Origin: Mobula hypostoma
Lineage: Eukaryota
Length of the DNA: 64,000 bases
Assembly: GCF_963921235.1 (NCBI RefSeq)
Contig: NC_086097.1
Span: forward strand, 117,740,001-117,804,000
Direction of reading: 5' to 3'
The position numbers were made by a program, and so were the translations under genes. Shown piece by piece: positions 37,101 through 49,982 of the stretch. Numbering within the stretch: position 1 is the first letter of the stretch; every line of letters starts with the position of its first letter. The notes under the pieces were generated by a model. That model was not told where the DNA came from. It searched no databases and saw nothing but the letters and a program-made list of their open reading frames with translations.

Positions 37101-37435
37101 ACAAACCTTCCTGCTAGGATATTAGTTCAGGTGCAAGCCATCTCTTCTGTACAGGTCCCACCTTTCCTGGAAGAGAACCCAGTGATCCAAAAATCTGATT
37201 GCTCACCTTTCTACACCAACTCCTTAGCCACGTGTTAAACTGTATGATCTTCCTACTTCTAGCCTCACTGGCATGTGACATGGGTAGTAATCCTGAGATC
37301 ACAACCCTGAAGATCCTGTCCTTTAACTTAACATATAACTCCCTGAACTCACTTTGCAGAACCACATCCCCATTCCTACCTATGTTATTCATACCCACAT
37401 GGATCTTGACCTCGGGCTGCTCACCCTCCCACTTA
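34132..37435 (-). mobile_element. Near full-length decayed CR1 LINE, including an ORF1 esterase (SGNH-like) remnant
   Basis: ORF 37114-37398 GMNNIGR..VVISGLLP..IIQFNTWLRSWC (ORF1); ORF2 fragments YDIAASSESWL, KENPKGFYRYVKSKR, NYRPGSL, DLSKAFDKV; (CATAGA)-like tail at 34132-34155. Confidence 0.92.
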
Positions 37436-39432
37436 ATCTGAATCTAAATAATCAAGCTGACAATCCATTGGTTTAATAGAGCAAGTAACTACCAGAATGC
37501 AAAAAGAAAATCCTACTCATTGTAGTCTTTTATGAAAAAAAATCTGCTAGTCTTCTCTTATTAAAAATATTTGTGACTCTCAATCTACAATGATGTGGGT
37601 GGCTTTCAATCATCCATTCAAGGGTTGACATGAACCATTCATTTGTACTATATCCCGTTACAACTCACGATAAATATAAAAACCAGGCAGATCTCATAAT
37701 ATTAAACTTTGAATTTGACCATCGCAATGATGCAACCAAACTAATTGACCCTTCAGAGTCTGCTTCATAATCATTTGTAACTATGTGTGGAAAAGTGGAG
37801 AACTACAGTACACATAGAGCAAAATTAATTTCTCCCAGCATCACAGGATTCTCCTTTCTGATTGATGAGTATGTGCAGTCCCAGCGGTGTGGCTTTGCTG
37901 CTTTGACTGTAGACCTAGTCAAATTTTATGGCATCGGCTCAAATCTGGTCAAGGAAACTACTTTTGTGAGTAAAATATACTCTGGCAAAATATGACTCAA
38001 GAAAAAAAACAGAGGTAGGAAAAATGTAGAATATATTCTTAATGGGATATTTCGATATTCAAGAGAATAACACAAATAGGATAATTAACTCCTAGAGTCA
38101 TCACAGTTAAGGTGAAGTGAATAGCCTCCTTTTACCATACTAAAATGATTCTGTGGGATTAACAATGGAAATCTGCAAAATGCACATTCTAGAAATACAG
38201 AGCGGGTCAGGCAGTGTCTCTGGAGGAACAAACTGAGACATTTCTGGTTAAAGATAATTCTTTAGAGAAAGGAAAATGTACAAGCATGCACTCAATATTT
38301 CTGTGTATGTTGTTTTGAATTTCAAGCATCTGCAGATTTTCCCGTGTTTGGAAAACTTAGTAAGTGTCAAAATGGCATGACTTTTTTTAGGCGGGCACCA
38401 AGAGAAAGCAGAATGGTATTGATTAGAAGGTGAAACGTAAGGGGAAACTAAAGGTTTACTAATACATCAATCTGTCTGGAGGGCCCATTTTAAACTGTAC
38501 CATAGAGAGTTATTGGTCTGGGGTGTTACCTCTTTTTTTCCTTTTACTGTGTGAGAGGGAGGTGTTGTGGGTCAAAAGTTTGGTAATATATTTGTTTCTC
38601 TCTCACAGTGGAGGGTCCTAGTCCTGGAGTGTTAGCTCTGGTTTCTCTTTCTGTGTACAGTGCCTAGACATTTGTTTTTCTGTTTTTGTTTCTGACTTCC
38701 AGCATCTGCAGTTCTTTGCTTATCAAATCTGTAAAGTGTGTTCTACTGTTATGTCGAAAATTATTGTATTTTCACTTCCCTATGCTGATAATGCTGATGT
38801 ATGTCTTCAGTGTTTCCTGCCTCTCTTTACTAAAGATTTTCAAAGCTTCTTTTTCTATTTAAAATATCCGTAAAGTCATCTTTACAATATTAAAGTGAAT
38901 TCCACTTCAGAGTGCACTGGCTGTCTGAGTACTATCAATTGTGTACAGTGATGCTTTGTAACTCAAAGTTGACTTAATTCAGAGTTTGCTGGGCAAGCAA
39001 TACAATCACCATATTTCATGAAATAATTGGTGCAAGATGAAAGACGAGACTGAAATTCTTCAGTCAAATGATAATAAACTAAATCCAATTTGTTTCCCTC
39101 AAATGTTTAGTTTATGTCTACTCAGCACTTTACCTACCTCCCCGAGTTACAGATTAGTGTTGGTATAAATTGTTCTCTGCGTCACACTTCTTTCAGTTTC
39201 TACACTTGCAAGCTGAGTAAAAGAGTCAATTGTTGGCTCTCCACAATGGAAATGGCCCATCAATGGTTGGTCATAAACTACCCTAATATGAGTTCACACT
39301 ATGTTCAGAAACATGGAAAGGAGTCCAGCAAAATTATCTGGTGGAGCAATATCAACTTTCCCGTTGCCTGTCCCAGCCTATCTATCAGAATTGTCCATGA
39401 TGCCACTTGGCGATTGTGACTGCCGTGCATAT

Positions 39433-39790
39433 ACACTCAGTAGCCACTTTATTAGATATCTCCTGTACCTAATAAAGTGGCCAGTGAGTGTATATTTGTG
39501 ATCTTCTGCTGCTATAGCCTATCCACTTCGAGGTTTGACGTGCTGTGCATTCAAAGATGTTCTTCTGCACATGAATGTTGTAACATGTGGTTATTCAAGT
39601 TACCGTTGCCTTCCTGTCAGCTTGAACCAGTCTGGCCATTCTCCTCTGAGCTCGCTCATTAAGACAGCATTTTCATTCACAGAACTGTGCATTTTGGATA
39701 TTTTTCTGCTTTTCACATCATTCTCTGTAAACTCTAGGGACTGTTTGTGTGAACATCCCAGGAGATCTGCAGTTTCTGGAAATACTCAAA
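39433..39790 (-). mobile_element. Non-autonomous Tc1-derived element, truncated by a CR1
   Basis: TA-cactcagtagccactttattag ... ctaataaagtggccagtgagtg-TA hairpin, then a transposase remnant. Confidence 0.82.
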
Positions 39791-39796
39791 GCACAT

Positions 39797-40615
39797 TGTT
39801 GTGGATAGTGTGAAGGGCTGTTAGAGGTTACAGCGGGACATTGATAGGATACAAAAATGGACTGAGAAGTGGCAGATGGAGCTCAACCCTACATAAATGT
39901 GAGGTGGCTCATTTTGGTAGGTCAAATATGATGGCAGAATGTAGCATTAATGGTAAGACTCTTGGCAGTGTGGAGATCAGAGGGATCTTGGGGTCCGAGT
40001 CCATAGGACACTCAAGGCTGCTGCACAGGTTGACTCTGTGGTTAAGAAAGCATACGGTGCATTGGCCTTCATCAATCATGAGATTGAGTTTAGGAGCCAA
40101 GAGGTAATGTTGCAGCTATACAGGACCCTGGTCAGACCCCACTTGGAGTACTGTGCTCAGTTCTGGTCGCCTCACTACAGGAAGGATGTGGAAACCATAG
40201 AAAGGATGCAGAGGAGATTTACAAGGATGTTGCCTGGATTGGGAAGTATGCCTTATGAGAATAGGTTGAGTGAACTCGTCCTTTTTTCCTTGGAGCTACG
40301 GAAGATGAGAGGTGACCTGATAGAGGTGTATAAGATGATGAGAGGCATTGATCCTGTGGATAGTCAGCGGCATTTTCCCAGGGCTGAAATGGCTAGCACA
40401 AGAGGGCACAGTTTTAAGGTGCTTTGAAGTAGGTACAGAGATGTCAGGGGTAAGTTTTTTTTATGCAGAGAATAGTGAGTGCATGGAATGGGCTGCTGGC
40501 GACGATGGTGGAGGTGGATACGATAGGGTCTTCTAAGAGTCTCCTGGACAGGTATATGGAGCTTAGAAAAATAGAGGGCTATGGATAACCCTAGGTAATT
40601 TCTTAGGTAAGGACA
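39797..40615 (+). mobile_element. CR1 LINE 3' fragment
   Basis: ORF 40038-40427 LYRTLVRPHLEYCAQFWSP..RGDLIEVYKMMRG plus 3' UTR. Confidence 0.93.
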
Positions 40616-42051
40616 TGGCTACTTCAAGTGCCAGGCTTTAGGTGTTTCAGAAAGGATAGGGAGGAAGGTTAAAGAGGTGGGGGTGTGGCACCATTGATCA
40701 GAGATAGTGTCACGGCTGCAGAAAAGGAGGAAGTCATGGAGGGGTTGTCTACGGAGTATCAGTGGGTAGAAGTTAGGAATAGGAAGGGGTCAATAACTCT
40801 ACTGGGTGTTTTTTATAGACCATCCAATAGTAACAGGGACATCGAGGAGAAGATAGAGAGACAGATTCTGGATAGGAGTAATAATAACAGGGTTGTTGTG
40901 GTGGGAGATTTAAATTTCCCAAATATTGATTGGCATCTCCCTAGAGTGAGGGGTTTAGGTGGGGCAGAGTTATTTATGTATGTTCAGGAAGGTTTCTTGA
41001 CACAATATGTAAATAAGCCTACAAGAGGAGAGGCTGTTCTTGATTTAGTATTGGGAAATGAACCTGGTCAGGTGTCAGGTCTCTCAATGCGAGAGCATTT
41101 TGAAAATAGTGATCACAATTCTATCTCCTTTACATTAGCATCGGAAAGGGATAGAAGCAGACAAGTTAGGGAAATGTCTAATTGGAGTAAGGGTAAATAT
41201 GAGGCTATCAGGCAGGAACTTGGAAGCATAAATTGGAAACAGATGTCCTCAGGGAAGCATACGGAAGAAACGTGGCAAATGTTCAGGGGATATTTGCGTG
41301 GGGTTCTGCATTGGTACGTTCCAATGAGGCATGGAAAGGATGGTACAGTATAGGAGCCGTGGTGTGCAAAGGCTGTTGTAAATCTAGTCAAGAAGAGCCT
41401 GTGAAAGGTTGAAAAAACTAGGTAATGATAGGAATCTGGAAGATTATAAGGCTAGCAGGAAGGAGCTTAAGAATGAAATTAGGACAGACTGAAGGGGCCA
41501 TGAGACGGCCTTGGCGGACAGGATTAAGGAAAACCCCAAGGCATTCCACAAGTATGTGAAGAGCAAGAGGATAAGACGTGACAGAATAGGACCAATCAAG
41601 TGTGACAGTAGAAAAATGTATATGGAATAGGACGAAATAGCAGAAGTACTTAATGAATATTTTGCCTCAGTATTCACTACAGAAAAGGATCTTGGTGATT
41701 GTAGTGATGACTTGCAACAGACTGAAAAGCTTGAGCATGTAGATATTAAGGAAGAGGATGTGCTGGAGATTTTGGGAAGCATCAGGTTAGATAAGTCACC
41801 GGGACTGGACTAGATGTATCCCAGGATACGGTGAGAAGTGAGGGAGGAAATTGCTGAGCCTCTGGCAATGATCTTTGCATCATCACTGAGGACAGGAGAC
41901 GTTCCGGAGGATTGAAGGGTTGTGGATGTTGTTCGCTTATTTAAGAAAGGGAGCAGGGATAGCCCAGGAAATTATAGGCCAGTGAGTCTTACTTCAGTGG
42001 TTGGTAAGTTGATGGAGAAGATCCTGAGAAGCAGGATTTATGAATATTTGG
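40616..42051 (+). mobile_element. CR1 LINE endonuclease/linker fragment
   Basis: ORF 40685-41353 FYRPSNS, VGDLNFP, LDLVLGN, NSDHN; ends at NYRPVSLTSVVGKLMEKIL. Confidence 0.93.
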
Positions 42052-42677
42052 ACATGCTGTATACTTCACTTTGGTTCAAATATTCATTACAGTCAGCCAA
42101 TTTTAGAAGTGTTAATTAAAGTTTAATTTTTTGACAGGATGGTGGAGAACTATTGTCCTTATCTACAAATAATGCCATGAAATATTTTACATTCACCTCA
42201 ACAGATAGATTAATGTTTCATCCATAGAGCAGTGCACTGTGTCCCTGTTATTGATCAGAGATAGAGGCACGGAGTCCTGTGTTTAGAAGATTCAGATTCA
42301 GAATCCTTTTATTCAGATTTATTTTATTTATCACATATACTGTACATTGAAACATACAATGAAATGTGGCATTTGCTTCAACAATCAACACAACCTAAGG
42401 ATGTGCTGGTGGCAGTCACAAATGTGCCAACATACTACTAAAGCCACCGAGGCTGTAGCCACACACAGCCCTTCCTTCAATATAATGATGTCTATGTAAA
42501 TTCAGCCGAGCTGTTTCCTTTTCAACCTTATGTAAATGTATTCGCATTCCTGACCCCTGTGTTCCCAACTATCACCGCAAGTACCAGTAGCACAACCGGC
42601 CCACACTCTGGATCCTAGTTCCAGGTGCACACTCACCCCATACTCCAGGCTCCTGCTCCAAACCCACCCTCTTCCCG

Positions 42678-43350
42678 TAAGATCATAAAACCGTAAGATA
42701 TCAGAGCAGAATTAGGCTATTTACCCTATTGAGCCCACTCTGCCATTACATCGTGGCTGATTTATTATCCCTCTCAACACCATTCTCCTGCAGTCTCCCT
42801 GTACTTATCAAGAACCTATCAACCTCTGATTTAAATGTACTCATTGTCTCAGCCTCCACAGCTGCCTGTGGCAATGACTTGCACAGATTCACCACCCTTT
42901 GGCTAAGAAATTCCTCCTCATCTGTATTCTAAAGGATGTCCTTGTATTCTGAGGCTATGCCTTCTGGTCCTAGACTCTCCCACTATTAGAAACATCCTCT
43001 CCACATCCCTTCTATCTTGTCCTTTCAATATTTGATAGGTTTCAATGAGCTCCTCCCTCATTCTTCTGATCTCCGGTGAGTACAGATCCAGAGCACTCAA
43101 ATGTCCTTCATACCTTAACTCTTTATTCATGGGATCATTTTCACAAATGTCCTCTAGATCCTCTCCAATGCCAGTGCATCCTTTCTTAAATAAAGCACCC
43201 AGAACTCCTCAGAATACTCCAAGTGCAGTCTGACCAATGCCATATAAAGCCTCAGAATTACATCCTTACTTTTATATTCTTGTCTTTTTGAAATGGATGC
43301 TGTCATTCCTTTTGCCTTCCTTACCACCGACTCAATCTACCTGCAACTCG
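42678..43350 (-). mobile_element. CR1 LINE 3' fragment
   Basis: ORF 42918-43130 LDLYSPEIRRMREELIETYQILKG; CR1 3' UTR gagcagaattaggc. Confidence 0.88.
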
Positions 43351-43356
43351 CCTTAC

Positions 43357-43646
43357 TTTGGTGTTACAAAACTTGATCTTCCACAGAAGATAAACCAATC
43401 GATAATAGGAGGTTTGTACATTTCATCCATATTGCTCTGAATTGTCAGCGTACTGTGGAGCTTGGCCAGGAATTTCTGCCTGTGTTTGCCTCTGACCTCT
43501 GAAAGAAACTCAGATTTCCCTTGACTGATCTCTTCAAGGAGAATTTGCTGGAATTGTTTAGAGGAATCATTAATCATGAGACAGTGTGATGGAAAAGACT
43601 TCTGCAACGTAGTGCAATGTTGTGGTGTAGCCAACAGAAGTCCTGC
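43357..43646 (-). other. Candidate host coding exon (unverified)
   Basis: 290-nt open frame in apparently unique DNA, bounded by tttgtag| and |gtaagg; peptide not recognised; the donor abuts a CR1 end. Confidence 0.2.
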
Positions 43647-43939
43647 CTACAAAGGATCAAATAATTTTTCACAGCCAAATGAGTGAGAACAATGAAAGGT
43701 GAATGAAAATTTAAAACATGCTAGCTTGTCATGAGAAATCCTGAAACATTTAGAATTAATCAAATGAACAAATAAGCATAGGAATATCAAAAACTTAAAA
43801 ACATTTGTAAATAAATGCATCCTGAAACACATTAAATATCTTCAGAATATTACCAAAAGTCTTAAAATGCATTAAAATATTGAAGTTATTGATGTGGCAT
43901 AGAAAACATCATTTCTGGGTAAACCAGCGTACATGCTAT

Positions 43940-44275
43940 CAGATGGTGACTTCCCACATGGAATATGAGATGTTGCTCCTCCAATCTTAGCTTGGCAGTA
44001 GAGGATGCTATGGATCAATGTATTAGAATGGGAATGGGAAGTCGAATTAAAATGGTTAGCCATCGGAAGATCCTGCCTTTTGCAGAGTAGAAGTGTTTGA
44101 CAAAGTGTACTTTCAGTCTATGTCAGGTCTCATCAATGTAGAGGAGTCTGGCCTGGGAGCACTGGATACAGTCAATGACCCCAGCAGACTCACAGGTGAA
44201 GTGTCACCTCACTTGGAATGATTGCTTGGACACTGAGTAGAGGTGAAGGTGGAGGTGTAGTGGCAGGTGTCACAC
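43940..44275 (-). mobile_element. Penelope-like element, GIY-YIG endonuclease remnant
   Basis: ANHFNSTSHSHSN..HSILYC; homologous to 48850-49230. Confidence 0.75.
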
Positions 44276-44949
44276 CCTCAGGACATTGATTTCTGTAACT
44301 ACGGGTAGTTTCTCAACACCTCCCCCGAACCTTTTTCTATTCCCCATCTGATTACCTTCTCACCCCTTCTCTTTTCCTTACCTGCCTATCACCTCCATCT
44401 GCAAAAGTGGACTTGGAACTGAGTTCTGTTGATACACCAGTTTCTATCTTTTATACATAGAATTTGTACCAGCTCTTTTGGTATTCCCAAACCCTACCTA
44501 CTTCTCCAGAATCTACTTTCTCCCCATCCACCTTGATTCACCTACTACTCATCCACACTGGAAATAATTTGTAGTCTCCACATATTATCTTTGAGCCACT
44601 GGAGGAAACTGACATTTGCGGGAATCCCACACAGTTACAGGAAAATATGTAAACCCACACAGACAGCAATGGAGTTCAAGATCAAGCCAGGAAATAAAGC
44701 ACTTCTGAAGTTACCCTATACCACTGCTTGCTGTGATTTTTGAGAAACAGACGTCTAATTTTATTGAGAATCAACGAATCAGTGAGTAATGATCCCATCC
44801 TCCAACGTACTGAAACCAGACAATTCGCAGATCATTAAATATAGAACTCTTGACTAAAGTTGCCACTCAAGATATCTGGATATTGCTCTGAAGGTGGGAC
44901 TTGTTTTAGTTGCCGCATGTTCTTATGTTTTTATATTAACTAGTTAATG

Positions 44950-45122
44950 ACGTCTCTCATTAGCAAGCATGTTTTCACCCACAGAACTGCCGCTCACTGA
45001 AACTCTTGATTATATCCATGTGTTTTTATGCATTGAGGTGCTGCCATGCGATTGGCTGATTAGATATTTGCATTAATGAGCAGATGTACAGGTGTACCTA
45101 ACAGAGTGGCTACTGAGCATGT
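44950..45122 (-). mobile_element. Terminal fragment of the Tc1-derived non-autonomous family
   Basis: attggctgattagatatttgc...caggtgtacctaacagagtggctactgag matches 60260-60327. Confidence 0.72.
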
Positions 45123-45759
45123 ATTATTGTAATTTATCATATATTTTATGCCTTTTAGCAGTGATAATAAATCTGATTTTGATTCTGATGAACTGGTTTT
45201 GAAGGTGGAGAAGAATATAACAAAAGTGTCAGAATCCATAAATAATGGGGCATGTAAAAATATTAATGGAATATTTAGGGGTGAAGTTAATCCTCATGAA
45301 CATTGGGTCAAACAAATTGGAAAGACTAGTTACAAGAACAAACTCACACAGTGCATTTTGGATAGTTTTATAGAACAATACGTTATGGAGCCAACCAAAG
45401 ATAGGCTACCTTGGATCTGGTAGTCATTAATAAGTTAGATTTAATAAATGATCTCTAAGAGATCCCTGAGAAAGTAGTGATGGTAACAAGATAAAATTTT
45501 GTACTTAGCTTGAGAGGGAGAAACTTAGGTCATGCATAGCTGTGTTTTACTAAACATCAGGGACAGAGATAGAGTTAGTTGGAGTGAGCTGGGCATACTA
45601 TGTTTGTTTATGGGCATGCCATTTTGGTGTTGGAATGATGTATTTCACTTTATGTTTTGATGTACACACGGCAAATAAAGCTAATGGTTACCTAAGCTAC
45701 GCCTTACCTCACCTGTCTCTTGTAAGAATGCTTTTTTTAAATAACCCATTTTGTGTGTC

Positions 45760-46030
45760 TACACATCTGCTCTCAAGATGAGGTCTTCATTCCAGGATAT
45801 CTGGAATGTCCTCCTTTCTCAAAGAAAATGGCTTCCCCTTTGCAGTGGTTGATGGAATCCACTCATGTGTTTCCTTCATTTCCCAGACTTCTGCTCTCAT
45901 CAACTTTACTCCAACCAGAGCAGATAGAAAGCTTCCTTAGTCCTCATGTTCACCCTACTAACCATTGCATAAAACATATCATCCAGGTCATTTCCACCTC
46001 CTGCAACAGGATCCCACCACTAGCTACCAC
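45760..46030 (+). mobile_element. Penelope-like ORF remnant (RT-endonuclease linker)
   Basis: HICSQDEVF..., VHPTNHCIKHII and a QQDPTT-like motif typical of this family. Confidence 0.6.
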
Positions 46031-47353
46031 ATAAAGGACAACATTGAATGTTTTCACAAACATCTAGAGACTAAAAAGCATACTGAAACCAGATGGTAGA
46101 GGCAAGAAGTGAGAAAGAAAGTCCTCTTGTGCAAACAGAGAGCGTGGATAAAGAGCTTCAATTTTGTCTTAATTGAAGACAATTGGGTTGTCAATTTCAC
46201 TGTGAAGAAATAAGTAAAAAAGTACAGAATCAAAATAGTTAAAGAGAAAATTCATAAAGAGGCTCTCACATTCAAAGTGGAGAGCGAGAGAGCGATGTAC
46301 AGACTTGGCTGCTGAGGAAATAATGGATACTTCTGCCACATTCTTACATGATCCAGGTTCCAGATTCCAGAGAACTATAGGTTTGCAATTAGGACGCAAT
46401 ATCTACGGTCAGTCCCAACCAGCAGAAGGCTTCGACAGTGACAATTAGGAATGGACAATTTATGCATGCATTGCAGTAGTATGCATATCCAATTAACAAA
46501 TAAATTTTAAGCCAAAGGGATTAATTGAGCAGAACCTGCATGCATACAGAATTAACCAAAAGCTAAAAGTATAGAGGATTGCAAAATGTTATTTTCCTGG
46601 CTGCAGCAAACAGAGAATGATGTCTTCTTTCCTTCTTCCATCCCTCAGACTCAATATCAGGGCCAATTCATTGATATATTCATACCTTGAACCTTAAATG
46701 TCTGTTAAAAGCAGACAAATTCCTTGTCTTTAGAAGCATGGAACACAAAACATGAAGCTTAAGCTTTATAGATCAATCATCTGGGCTCAAGTGTCTAATT
46801 CAGGCATCATGCTTGAGAAAGAATTGTCAGGCTTTGAGGCGTGTATGGAGATAATTTCAGTGAATGATGCCAAGAACTAAAGGATGGGACTAGTTGTTCA
46901 GCAGACAGAGTAAGTTAATGGGGGTGTAAAACATTATGAAAGCTTTGAATGAGCAGCAGGGGAGAGACTTTTTTTGCTGATGCAGGTCACTTTCCAGTGG
47001 GCCAGGATATGATTTGAGCTAATTGTTAAAAGCAACCAACAGGAAATTAAAGTGTTTCATGAAGTTCCACACAGAAGGCTAATTACATCATTAAAACCCC
47101 ATGAGATCAAGGAGAAGGTGGCAGTTTGAATCCAACATGGGCTTAGCAGCAGAAAGCAAAGGCAATCTTGGTAACTGACACTCTGTCACTTCTTTAAACT
47201 AACTGAAAAGCTAATATACAAATCAGTAATTGTTTAAATAAAAAGTTGCAAAGAGAGAGGATTGTGAGTGTAGGAAGAGAAATAGGGGACCAGGTTTGTG
47301 TGCATTATGGGTTTAAGAGAGGGGGTTGAGCAGAGGAAAAGAGAAATGGGGAG

Positions 47354-47935
47354 AGACCGTAAGATACAGGAGCAGAATTAGGCCATTTGGCCCATCGCGT
47401 CTGCTCCACCATTTCATCATGGCTGATCCATTACCCTTTTAGCCCCAATCGCCTGCTTTCTCCCCATATCCCCTTATGCCTTGATTAGCCTCCATCAACC
47501 TCCGCCTTAAATATTCCCAATGACGTGGCCTCCACAGACTCCAGTGGCAATGAATTCCAGATTTATCACTATATGGTTTAAGAAATTCCTCCTCATCTCT
47601 GTTCTAAATATATGTCTCTCTATTCTGAGTCTATGTCCTCTGGTCTAAGACTCCCTCACTATAGGAAACATCCTCTCCACATCCAGTCTGTTGAGGCCTT
47701 TCAATATTCAATAGGCTAAAATGAGATTCCCCCTCATTCTTCTGAATTCCAGTGAGGACCGACCCAGAGCCATCAAATGCTCCTCATGTGATAAGCCTTT
47801 CAATCCCAGAATCATTTTCATGAACCTTGTTTGAACCCTCTCCAATGTCTGCACCTCTGTTCTTAGGGGCCCAGAACTGCTCACATTACTCCAACTGAGG
47901 CCTCGCCAGTATCTTATAAAGCTTTAAAATTACAT
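47354..47935 (-). mobile_element. CR1 LINE 3' fragment
   Basis: ggagcagaattaggccatttggccc 3' UTR; similar to 42678-43350 and 53664-54267. Confidence 0.88.
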
Positions 47936-48371
47936 CCAGAGGGATAGTTGAAGGCAAAACAAAAACAAAATGAAAACAAGAGATGGAAGAGACAGAAAAA
48001 AAGACACAAAGAGAATAAGGAAATTTCTAAGTCTGAGTGGTGTCTCCAGCCATTATGCTTCGTAATATCTCCTGTCACTCTCTCTCCACCAATATGATTT
48101 CCTACTGTGCTGCATATATCTGTGATTCTGAGATGTTCCTTTTATTTCCAATTAGAAACAGAAGCAGATTGCTGTTCACTCTAGAGGGACAGTGCTGGCA
48201 GAGTTAAAGTCAGAAAGGAAAACCAAATAAACACTTCCTCATGTTCTACCAGTTAATAGCAAGTTATCCAAATGTCACTGAGTTTAGTTTCAATATATTG
48301 AAAATAGGATTTCAGGTAGTTGGTGAGTGATTCCTTCTAAAGTCAAAATTATTTCAAGAGTAATTCATTTG

Positions 48372-49240
48372 ATAAACACAAGATATTCTGCAGATGATGG
48401 AAATCCAAAATGCTGGAGGAACTCAGCAGGCCTGGCAGCATCTATGGAGAGGAATAAACAGTCAATATTTTAGACCAAGAACCTTTGTCAGAACTGGTAA
48501 GCAAGGAGGAAGAATCCAGACTAAGAAACTGGGAGAAGGGAAAGAATTCAAGTTGGAAGGTGTTTACTGAAACCAGGTGAGGGGGCGAGGTAGGTTGGTG
48601 GGGGACGGAGGGTTCAAGTGAGAAGCTGGCAGGTGATAGGTGGAAGGAGTAAAGATGAAAAAAAGAGGAAATCAGTTAGGAGAAGAGAGTGGATCATCAG
48701 AGAAAGAGAAGGAGGGTAGAGGAGGGACACCAGCGAGAGATGTCAGGTGAGGAGAAGAGGGGGGATAAGAGAGAAGCCTAAATGGGGAATACAAAAAGAG
48801 AGAAGGGGGAAGGGGAGAAATGACCAGAGGTTAGAGAAATTGATGTTCATGCCCTCAGTTTGGAATATGGAATTTTCCAGATGAGATATGAAATGTTACG
48901 CCACCAACTATTGTGCCAGTTGATGAAGCCATGGACCGACATATCAGAATGGGAATGGGGAGTGGAATTAAAATGGTTAGTCACCAGGAAATCGAGCCTT
49001 TTGCGGATGGAGTGAAGGTGTTCAACAAAGTTCTTTCCCCAAACTACGTCAGGCCTCACCGGTATAGAGATTGCCGCACTGGGAACACAGGATGCTGCAG
49101 ATGACCACAACAGATGCTCAAGTGAAGTGTTGCCTCACCTGGAAGGACTGTTTATGGTCCTGAATGGAGGTGATGGAGGAGGTGAATGGGCAGGTGCTAC
49201 ACTTGTACCACTTGCAGGTATAAGTGCCAGGAGAGGGATC
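48372..49240 (-). mobile_element. Penelope-like element 3' end (GIY-YIG endonuclease plus terminal repeat)
   Basis: FVEHLHSIRK..VTNHFNSTPHSHSDMSVHG, CSQC..LYTGE remnant, purine/pyrimidine tract and terminal repeat aaaatgctggaggaactcagcaggcc. Confidence 0.82.
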
Positions 49241-49901
49241 AGCATTAATTTTTTGATAACTCTGGTTTAGACATTACTCATTTTATTTTAATGAGAACAT
49301 CATTAACGCAATGGAAACATGAGAGACTACAAATGCTGGAATCCGGAGCAAAATAAAAACAAACAGCTGTATTATCTCAGCGTTTCAGACTGTATCTGTG
49401 AATCTGTGAAGAGAACTAGACTATTGGTATTTTGGGTCAATACCTTTCATCTAGACAATAAGGCCATAACATAAACAACAAAAACCTCTAAGCCAGTATG
49501 ATGTTGAATCAGGTTTGTGGGTTTACTGAGTGAGACAGTAGACACTGACTGTGAATAAGTATATTAATCATTTAGATACAAACAGTAAAAATTTGACCAA
49601 ACATTCATATTCCCACAGGTTACATAAACTATAAAGCTGAATATTCCACAAATAGACACCTAGGTAGGAGCATACCTTCCCAATGGTTTTGTGCCATGAT
49701 CCACGAGACAAAGGAAAAGAGAAGGAACATCCACATATGTTTCTCTTTATACCCAGGATATTTGAAACTGGACACTAGGCAGCCAACCAATGGGAAGAGC
49801 AGCTGCAATTTTTAAAGTAACTAATCACGAGGGAAGCAGCTTTCAACAAGCAGAATAGGCCACACCCCCACAGGACATGCCCCCTCCCCCCACAGCATAG
49901 T

Positions 49902-49982
49902 CAGGGGTTCCCAACATTTTTTTTTGCCATGGACCCCAACCATTAACTGAGGGAGTCCGTGGACGCCAGGTGGGAACCCTTG
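49902..49982. mobile_element. hAT/Charlie-like MITE (81 bp)
   Basis: Imperfect TIRs CAGGGGTTCCCAAC / GGTGGGAACCCTTG; no clean 8-bp TSD. Confidence 0.65.

Noticed and set aside
39114..39419. 101-aa ORF in unique DNA (also 60462-60653, 29592-29819, 52737-53063)
   Set aside because: No recognisable motif or convincing splice-site pair; lengths expected by chance.
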